Shown here: in pieces, positions 9,855 to 16,523 of the stretch
Layout of the letters: every line of letters begins with the position of its first letter
How positions within the stretch are numbered: the stretch's first letter is position 1
Origin: Hyphomonas sp.
Lineage (GTDB): Bacteria; Pseudomonadota; Alphaproteobacteria; Caulobacterales; Hyphomonadaceae
DNA: 64,000 nt
Direction of reading: 5' to 3'
Assembly (NCBI RefSeq): GCF_018402285.1
Contig: NZ_JAGYJH010000001.1
Span: 83,589 to 147,588 of the forward strand
Made by a program: the position numbers and the translations under genes
The notes under the pieces: model-generated
What the model saw: the letters and a program-made list of their open reading frames with translations, nothing else
Told to the model about the DNA's origin: nothing
Databases searched by the model: none

Positions 9855-10721
9855 ATGATCGAACTCATCATCGACAAGCGCGCGCGAGACCTTGGCGGCG
9901 GCTTTGAAGTCGGCCGCGTGCTGCCCTTTGCCAGGCGGCGGATGGTCGGCCCCTTCATCTTCTTCGACCAGATGGGCCCGGTGGATTTCGCCCCCGGCAT
10001 CCCGCGCGAACTTGACGTGCGCCCGCATCCCCATATCGGCCTTTCGACGGTCACCTATCTCTATTCCGGCGCGATGACCCACCGAGACAGCCTCGGCTTC
10101 AAGCAGGAGATCCGGCCCGGCGCCGTCAACTGGATGACCGCGGGCAAAGGCATCACCCATTCTGAACGCCTCGAGCATGCCCGCATGAACGGCGCCCACA
10201 TGTACGGCATCCAGGCCTGGGTGGCTTTGCCGCAGGAAGAAGAGGAAACCGGTCCCGGCTTCTGGCACCACCCGGCCGCCAGCCTTCCGGTCTGGAACGA
10301 GGCTGGTCTCAAGGGCCGCCTCATCGCAGGGTCTGCAGAGGGCATGGACGCAGGCGTAAACGTCCGCTCCCCGATGTTTTACATGCACTGGGACATGGAG
10401 AAAGGCGCCCGCCGCAAGGTGACCGGTGAATACACCGAACGCGCTGTCTATGTCACCACCGGCGCCGCAAACGTGGCCGGCCAGAAGATCGGCGCGGGCC
10501 AGATGGCAGTCCTTGGCAAGGGCGACGTGATCGTCACCGCGGAAGAGGCGTCCACCGTGATGGTGCTCGGCGGCGAACCGATCGGCGAACGCTTCATTTT
10601 CTGGAACTTCGTTTCCTCCTCCAGGGAGCGGCTCGAACAGGCAAAGGAGGATTGGAGACAGGGCCGGATGAAACTGCCCGATGGCGACGATCAGGAATTC
10701 ACGCCCTTGCCCGAAGGCTGA
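9855..10721 (+). CDS. Pirin family protein
   Basis: GPFIFFDQMG, PHPHIGLSTVTYL, WMTAGKGITHSE; AAGGAGG RBS. Confidence 0.9.
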   Translation: MIELIIDKRARDLGGGFEVGRVLPFARRRMVGPFIFFDQMGPVDFAPGIPRELDVRPHPHIGLSTVTYLYSGAMTHRDSLGFKQEIRPGAVNWMTAGKGITHSERLEHARMNGAHMYGIQAWVALPQEEEETGPGFWHHPAASLPVWNEAGLKGRLIAGSAEGMDAGVNVRSPMFYMHWDMEKGARRKVTGEYTERAVYVTTGAANVAGQKIGAGQMAVLGKGDVIVTAEEASTVMVLGGEPIGERFIFWNFVSSSRERLEQAKEDWRQGRMKLPDGDDQEFTPLPEG

Positions 10722-10728
10722 AGACGGT

Positions 10729-12393
10729 TCAGGCAGCTCGCCCCGAATGCGGGCGCGCCAGTGCCTCGGCATCACCCTGCTTGGTGGACGTGGCGCTGGT
10801 GTTGAACTTCAGGATATAGACGATCGAGCCGTTCCGGGCTTCGCGCATTTCGATCTGCCCACCGATGGTCTGCATCAGCGCGCGCCAGACAAGCCGGTTT
10901 TCCGAGCTTTCGGAAAGATACTCTTCGGTCAGTTCGGTCTGCATCTGGCCGTTGGCAAGCCTGGCGGCTTCGACCGAGACCCAGCCCTGCTCGCCGCGCA
11001 CGCCGCAGCGTACCCGCAGGGATCCCCCGCCCCGGCACACCTGGCCGAGCTCAAGCAGCACGGCCGAGAGCACCCGCGAAAGCACCCGCGCCGCCTTGGC
11101 GCTGTCGATCATTGTATCCTGCCCGCCCGGCTCGTCGATTTCGACGCCCAGGGTGGTGATGGCCGAGTGTTTCTGGGCAATGACCTGAGCAAGCGTCGTC
11201 TTCAGCGACACATCCGAGCCATCGACGATGCTGTCGCCGCCCTGTGTGATCGAGAGAACCTCATCCACGAGGCTGAGCGCCTGATCGGCAAAGCTGACCA
11301 TCTTGTCGCCCGCAAGGCGCACTTCGGCGTCATCAAACGGGATCTGGCTGCGCGTTTCAAAGCGCGAAGCAATCGTGCGCAGCGTGCGCAGCGGCAGGCG
11401 CAGCTCGCGTGTAACCGAGCCGACAAAGCGCTCCACGGCAAGGCGGGCTTCTTCAGCGTCACGGCGGGCCTCGTCGGCCTCCTGGCGCAGGTCGTCCATG
11501 CGCGAAACGTCCGTATGGATAATAACCCGGCCACCCGAGCTTGTCGGCACGCAGGAGCGCATCACGCCGCCCACGTCTGCCAGCTTGCGCATCTCCGTAC
11601 CGGGGCGGAAATCGGCCTGCTCGAGACCCTTGGGGAACCAGCGCTGGTGAACGGCGTTCTGGATGATCACATTGCCAGCCGCATCATAGATCGCGAAGGC
11701 TTCGGGAATGGCGGTCACAGCGTCCAGCAGCTGCTCATGGTTCTGGGCGGCGAGGCGCTTTGCCTCCATCTCCAGCAGCAGGTTGCGATAGGCGTTGAGG
11801 CTGGCGAAAGCCGAAGCCAGCGTCAGCACGATACCCAGCGCGACAATCGTAACGGGCAGGCCAACCGGTTCGAGCAGGAAACCAATCGTCGCCGTGGTAG
11901 CAGCGCCCAGAAGGAAACGGGCTGCAACATTCGCGACCGGCGAAACAACTGCCACCACGCCGGCGCACATGCCGAACACGATGGCAAACATAGAAACCTT
12001 GATGCCGACATCCCCCGTGGGCGCCAGCATAACGCAGAGGCCCCACCAGGCGCCAACGACACCGGTGGCAACTTCCGCCTTGCGCAGGAAACGTCCGCGC
12101 ACGGGCCTTGCGGACGAACGGTCCCACCGGCTGCGGCTCCAGGCGATCTGCGAAATGGCAAAAACCCAGATCGGGATCATCCATCCAAACAGAAGCGCTG
12201 TGTTGGTGCTGCCAAACAGCGTGAACACGACTGCGGCGGAATTGATGATGTTGATGAAGCCCATGACCGTGAGTAGTGACACCAGGCGATGGTGCATATA
12301 GGCAGGGATGTCAGGCGTCTCACGGCGCTTGAGCCGTCCCACTCCGACGAGCGGGAACAGTATAACGTCTGAAAGGCCAATCGACATCTTCAT
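10729..12393 (-). CDS. Membrane sensor histidine-kinase-like protein lacking the phospho-acceptor His (pseudokinase)
   Basis: About 5-6 TM segments, PAS-like AFAIYDAAG..HTDVS, coiled coil, H-box reads FVGSVTRELRLPL (R at the His position), N and G boxes degenerate. Confidence 0.7.
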   Translation of the reverse strand: MKMSIGLSDVILFPLVGVGRLKRRETPDIPAYMHHRLVSLLTVMGFINIINSAAVVFTLFGSTNTALLFGWMIPIWVFAISQIAWSRSRWDRSSARPVRGRFLRKAEVATGVVGAWWGLCVMLAPTGDVGIKVSMFAIVFGMCAGVVAVVSPVANVAARFLLGAATTATIGFLLEPVGLPVTIVALGIVLTLASAFASLNAYRNLLLEMEAKRLAAQNHEQLLDAVTAIPEAFAIYDAAGNVIIQNAVHQRWFPKGLEQADFRPGTEMRKLADVGGVMRSCVPTSSGGRVIIHTDVSRMDDLRQEADEARRDAEEARLAVERFVGSVTRELRLPLRTLRTIASRFETRSQIPFDDAEVRLAGDKMVSFADQALSLVDEVLSITQGGDSIVDGSDVSLKTTLAQVIAQKHSAITTLGVEIDEPGGQDTMIDSAKAARVLSRVLSAVLLELGQVCRGGGSLRVRCGVRGEQGWVSVEAARLANGQMQTELTEEYLSESSENRLVWRALMQTIGGQIEMREARNGSIVYILKFNTSATSTKQGDAEALARPHSGRAA

Positions 12394-12460
12394 GCGAGTA
12401 TTACTAACAGGACATGATGAAGATGGGTTTTTACCGAACTGTGCGACCTTCAAGGTCCCT

Positions 12461-12476
12461 TTAACCAAAGAATAAC
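12461..12476. promoter_or_regulatory. Near-consensus CtrA box
   Basis: TTAA-CCAAAGA-ATAAC, one mismatch to TTAA-N7-TTAAC, in a divergent intergenic region. Confidence 0.45.
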
Positions 12477-12481
12477 TCTCT

Positions 12482-13756
12482 ATGAGCCCGACAAACCGGA
12501 CTTCCCTGGCAATTGTCGGCGCGGGCCCAGCGGGCCTCACCCTTGCGCAATTCCTGCGTCTTAAGGGGTATTCGGCAGCCACCCTGATCGAACAGGCAGA
12601 CCGTGTCGGCGGAAAATCCGACAGCCTTGACCTTGGCGACATCGTTGCGGAGATGGGCACGTGTTACGCCACAGGCGCCCACAAGGATGTTGTCGGGTGG
12701 ATGAAGCGCCAGGGCGGTGATCTGCGCATCCTGCGCAAGACGACGATCGATGGCGCCGGCCTGAAGGATTATATTGGCGATGCGGGCGGCCCGCCGCTGG
12801 GCGCGCAGGTGCTCAGCTATCTGGCAAAGCGCGACCGCCTTCTGAAACAATTGAAAAGGACGCCGGACAAACCTTCCCTTCTGGCCGAAGCGGCCATGCC
12901 GACGGATGCCTGGCTGGCTGAAAACAAGCTGCCGAAAATGACCCGGCTGATGTACCGCGCCATCACCTCACTCGGCTACGGTTACCTCAACGAAGTCTCG
13001 ATCTATCAGTCGATGCAATGGGTCGATCACCACACCATCCTCAGCGGGGCCACCGGAAAGCTGATCATGCCGGCGGCCGGATGGTCGGATTTCTGGAATG
13101 TCCTGTCGCAGAATTTCGATGTCCGCCTGTCCAGCAGCATCCTGAAGATCGAGCGTTCGGGACAAGACAGCCTGTTGCACTTCAAGGATGGAACCCAGCT
13201 TGCTGCAGGCGCCCTTGCCTGCACCATCCCGATGGATAACTGGGCCAGTCTGGTGAATAATCCGACGGCAGATGAAACAGCCGTCGCCGGCGCGATCACC
13301 TGGAAGGGCTATGCTACGTCGCTGATCGTGGTGGAGAACTGGTTCACCAGCGAGGACATCCGCTCCTTCTCCAAGGCCTTCCTGCCCGGCTCCTATCCCG
13401 GCCAGCTGATCTCGGCGCGCTATGAAGGTTACAGCCCGGATTTTGGCGGGCATCTCTATGTCACCGGCCAGATCCCCGGCGACTACACCCTTCCGGAACT
13501 GCGCATCTTCCTTGAGCGCGACCTGGCAGACCTCGGCGCCAGTCTCGTCAATGTGGTCAACGCAAAGACCTGGCGCTACTTTCCCCATTATGACCTGAAA
13601 GCCATCAGCGCGGGCCTCCTGGGCACCATGCGGGGCATGCAGGGCCAGGCCGGCACCTGGTATACCGGCGCCACCTTCTCGCATGAATCTGTGGCGAATG
13701 TGTCCCGCTTCAACAAGGCGCTCACGCCCGCATTACTGGCGCGCCTGAAGGGCTGA
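12482..13756 (+). CDS. FAD-dependent oxidoreductase resembling polyunsaturated fatty acid isomerase (PAI)
   Basis: IVGAGPAGL, RVGGK, EMG, GYGY, WRYFPH, GMQG..TWYTG; 424 aa. Confidence 0.7.
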   Translation: MSPTNRTSLAIVGAGPAGLTLAQFLRLKGYSAATLIEQADRVGGKSDSLDLGDIVAEMGTCYATGAHKDVVGWMKRQGGDLRILRKTTIDGAGLKDYIGDAGGPPLGAQVLSYLAKRDRLLKQLKRTPDKPSLLAEAAMPTDAWLAENKLPKMTRLMYRAITSLGYGYLNEVSIYQSMQWVDHHTILSGATGKLIMPAAGWSDFWNVLSQNFDVRLSSSILKIERSGQDSLLHFKDGTQLAAGALACTIPMDNWASLVNNPTADETAVAGAITWKGYATSLIVVENWFTSEDIRSFSKAFLPGSYPGQLISARYEGYSPDFGGHLYVTGQIPGDYTLPELRIFLERDLADLGASLVNVVNAKTWRYFPHYDLKAISAGLLGTMRGMQGQAGTWYTGATFSHESVANVSRFNKALTPALLARLKG

Positions 13757-13899
13757 TCGCAATCCGTGCATGAATAAAGCGGGCGGGAGGCAGTTCATTG
13801 CGCGCCTGCATAAGTGTTATCGGCCACGGGCAGGATCACGAACCTCAGCCCAGCCCCCAGATGTCAGGCGTTGAACGACACGCCATCGGAGGCTTTCAG

Positions 13900-14526
13900 A
13901 TGTCCACACTTCTTGTCATCAATTCCAGCGCCAATACCGGCGATTCGGTGTCGCGCACCCTCATCGACGACGCCGTCGGCCAGTTCCTCGCGGCAGCGCC
14001 GGGCATCAAAGTCGTGCGCCGCGACCTTGGCACCACCCCTGTCCCCCACCTCACCACGGCGAACCTCGCCGGCGTGCGCGGCACCCCCGCCACCGAGGAA
14101 GAGCATTCGGCCCGCGCCCTGTCAGACCTCCTGATCAGCGAGCTGCGCACTGCCGACACCGTCGTGATCGCCGCACCGATGTACAACTTCTCCGTGCCTA
14201 CCAGCCTGCGCTCCTGGTTCGATTTCGTCCTGCGTGCCGGCGAGACCTTCAAATATTCCGAGGCCGGCCCGGAAGGCCTGCTGAAAGGCAGGAAGGTCGT
14301 CGTGCTCACCTCGCGGGGCGGCCTCTATTCGGAAGGCCCCGGCGCGGCCGCCGACTTCCAGGAGCCTTATCTGCGCCACCTGCTCGGCTTTGTCGGCATC
14401 ACGGATGTGACCTTCATCCACGCCGAAAAAATCGGCTATGGCCCCGACGCCCGCGCCGCCGCCATCGCGTCGGCCAGAGGCCAGATCGCCAAGGTGGCCA
14501 GCACCTTCTCCACCGTCGCTGCCTGA
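13900..14526 (+). CDS. azoR: FMN-dependent NADH-azoreductase
   Basis: INSS, APMYNFSVP, RAGETFKYSEAGPEGLL, SRGG. Confidence 0.9.
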   Translation: MSTLLVINSSANTGDSVSRTLIDDAVGQFLAAAPGIKVVRRDLGTTPVPHLTTANLAGVRGTPATEEEHSARALSDLLISELRTADTVVIAAPMYNFSVPTSLRSWFDFVLRAGETFKYSEAGPEGLLKGRKVVVLTSRGGLYSEGPGAAADFQEPYLRHLLGFVGITDVTFIHAEKIGYGPDARAAAIASARGQIAKVASTFSTVAA

Positions 14527-14672
14527 CCCTCCCGGCAACCGGCCACCCCTGCCGGATGGCAGCGACGCCGCGCCCGCGCTCGTCTCCCGAGCGCGGGCGC
14601 CTTGCGCTTGGGAGGTCGCCAATCCGTTGCTTGCCAAGCCAAAGACCACGCCTTAACGCTGCCAGGCAAGGT

Positions 14673-14712
14673 GCCGGCGTGGTGGAACGGTAGACACAGG
14701 GGACTTAAAATC
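14673..14712 (+). pseudogene. trnL: Host tRNA-Leu(UAA), 5' half, disrupted by island insertion (attL-like)
   Basis: GCCGGCG acceptor strand, D arm GTGGAACGGTAGACAC, GGGGA stem, loop CTTAAAA; pairs with the half at 18327-18381. Confidence 0.92.
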
Positions 14713-14821
14713 TGTTGGCAACCCTTCACGTCTGCACGGGGTCGAGTGGAAAAAGTAGAAACAAGAACAGGAGGTTGTGGAGCGCTTAGAAGAATGAAAA
14801 ATTTGCAAGGGCAGAAGACTA

Positions 14822-14841
14822 GGAGCCAATTGGGAGCCAAT
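14822..14841 (+). repeat. Tandem GGAGCCAAT direct repeat, candidate integrase arm-type sites
   Basis: Copies at 14822-14830 and 14833-14841 (11-bp period), about 110 bp inside the left core. Confidence 0.55.
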
Positions 14842-14861
14842 ACAGTCAGAAAGCCTCGCAA

Positions 14862-15199
14862 GCGGACGTGGTGGAATCGGTAGACACAACAGACTTAAAC
14901 CATGTGATTGAGTGCCCCGGTGGAAATGCCGGGAGTAGAACTGCTCAAATTCGGGGAAAGCTAAGGGTCCAGATCGGACCGATGCCAATCCCGAGCCAAG
15001 CCTGGCGAAAGCCGGGAAGGTGTAGAGACTAGACGGGCAGCATCTAAGGTCAGCGCGCTGACTATGATGAAGGGATAGTCCAGACCACAAACGGTGCCTT
15101 TTGCTTCTGCAGTCTGGGCGTCGGCGGTGAAAACCGTAGTCGGTAAGAAAATCTGTCGGGGGTATCCCCGTGCGGGTTCGAGTCCCGCCGTCCGCACCA
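14862..15199 (+). tRNA. trnL: Island-borne tRNA-Leu(UAA) with group I intron (exons 14862-14896 and 15148-15199; 87 nt spliced)
   Basis: Acceptor GCGGACG/CGTCCGC+ACCA, anticodon stem ACAGA/TCTGT, loop CTT^AAAA, long variable arm, T arm GCGGG-TTCGAGT-CCCGC. Confidence 0.93.
14897..15147 (+). ncRNA. Self-splicing group I intron (IC3-like), 251 nt, no ORF
   Basis: P1 ACTTAA/TTGAGT with U-G wobble at the splice site; P AAATTCGGGGAAA, Q AATCCCGAGC, R GTAGAGACTAGA, S AAGGGATAGTCC; P3 CTGCTC/GGGCAG; P7 GACTA/TAGTC; terminal G at 15147. Confidence 0.93.
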
Positions 15200-15502
15200 T
15201 TCTTGTTTGATCCCGTGTCTCTGCGCTCAAATAAATCGTGCTCATGGTTGCGGTGCGGTTCGAGCTGGCTCCTCGCGCCCGGACCATTCTCTCCCACTGA
15301 AACGAAGACTGAGCGCTGGGGCGCCGGTCTCAGGCATTTCTTGGTTTGACGGAGGGAACGACGGCAAGTCAGCAGCATGGCGACAGACCCGCCCTTGGGG
15401 AGCTTTGATCGTCCGTCATTTCGTATCCCTTGGGTTTACCAAGTGCGATGCATTCAAGATACCGAGCTTATCAAATTTCGAAAGCCAGCTATTTTGTATC
15501 CC

Positions 15503-16300
15503 ATGACGCGACAAAACGAGACAAAGCTAAAATGGCTGCTGGAGACCGTACTGCCGGGTCGGCTGGTCGATACGCCGACGCTGGAGCGTCATGGCATCAC
15601 GCGCATGCTTGCCCACAAATACATAGACAGCGGCTGGCTCGAACCTGTCGTGCGCGGACTCTACCGACGTCCGCAGGCCGACGTTCGCAGCGAAGACTGG
15701 CAACTCGTCGTGCGCTCGCTGCAGCACGGTATGGACTATTCATCAGTCGTCGGCGGACGCACTGCGCTGGAGCTACAGGGGCTCGCTCACTACGTGCCGA
15801 TGCGAGGTGATCAGGACGTCCACCTTTATGGCGATGCGCACCCGACCTGGCTGAAGCGGCTGGATGCGGCTGGACGCTACCGGCTGCACAGCACCAAACT
15901 GTTCGACATGAGCGCTGATGAGGAGACGACGGAGGTCGACTCACCCGTCGGCCCGCTAAAGTGTTCAACGCCGGAGCGTGCCATCCTCGAGCTGCTGGAT
16001 GAGCTGCCAAGGTATGAGAGCGCTCATACAGTCGATAAGGTCTTTGAAGGCCTCGCCTCTGCGCGCCCCCGCAGACTGGAGAAGCTGCTGGCGTCATGCA
16101 CGAGCATCAAGGTGAAGCGCCTCTTCTTCGTCTTCGCCGACAAGCACGGCCATGCCTGGCGTCGTCATCTCTCGCCAGAACGGTTCGACCTCGGTTCGGG
16201 GCCTCGTGCCCTCTTTGAGAACGGCCACTACCATCCACACTACGCCATCTCCGTGCCGCCGGAACTGATGCCGCAAAGTGAGGCTCGCGATGGTGCGTGA
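15503..16300 (+). CDS. abiEi: Type IV TA antitoxin, AbiEi family
   Basis: KLKWLLETVLPGRLVD...YIDSGWLEPVVRGLYRRP, VGGRTALELQGLAHY, STPERAILELLDELP, SIKVKRLF, DLGSGPR. Confidence 0.85.
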   Translation: MTRQNETKLKWLLETVLPGRLVDTPTLERHGITRMLAHKYIDSGWLEPVVRGLYRRPQADVRSEDWQLVVRSLQHGMDYSSVVGGRTALELQGLAHYVPMRGDQDVHLYGDAHPTWLKRLDAAGRYRLHSTKLFDMSADEETTEVDSPVGPLKCSTPERAILELLDELPRYESAHTVDKVFEGLASARPRRLEKLLASCTSIKVKRLFFVFADKHGHAWRRHLSPERFDLGSGPRALFENGHYHPHYAISVPPELMPQSEARDGA

Positions 16301-16433
16301 GCGATATGTGGATCAGGTCCGGCTGCTGGTCGATATTCTGCCAGCCGTAGCGGCAGAGGACGACTTCGCCCTGAAAGCCTGTGCGGCGATCAACTTTCAT
16401 GTTATATTACTGATCGGGAAGATTTTAGCATAA
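16290..16433 (+). pseudogene. abiEii: Truncated AbiEii/AbiGii-type nucleotidyltransferase toxin
   Basis: Overlapping start gives MVRERYVDQVRLLVDILPAVAAEDDFALKACAAINF (expected FALKGGTAINLF); similarity ends near 16398 and a stop follows at 16433. Confidence 0.8.
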
Positions 16434-16523
16434 ATATACCGCCAAGAGCTTACAACTACCCGTTCGGGAACATTTTGCTTGACGCCAGCCCGCTAATCAC
16501 ATATCTTCCCGTTCAGGAAGATA
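16407..16523 (+). promoter_or_regulatory. hipBA promoter with three palindromic operators
   Basis: TTACTGATCGGGAA (16407), TACCCGTTCGGGAA (16457), TTCCCGTTCAGGAA (16506), about 50 bp apart; TTGACG(16479)-N17-TATCTT(16502). Confidence 0.75.

Noticed and set aside
14713..14750. Junction sequence as a restoring tRNA 3' half (…GGGTCGAGT…)
   Set aside because: No T stem, no acceptor complement and no CCA; at most a decayed relic
14653..15378. 241-aa and 108-aa minus-strand ORFs over the tRNA/intron as a homing endonuclease
   Set aside because: Antisense to structured RNA; no LAGLIDADG, HNH or GIY-YIG motif
15377..15502. N-terminal extension of the AbiEi ORF
   Set aside because: Family resemblance starts at ATG 15503; the upstream part looks like AT-richer promoter DNA
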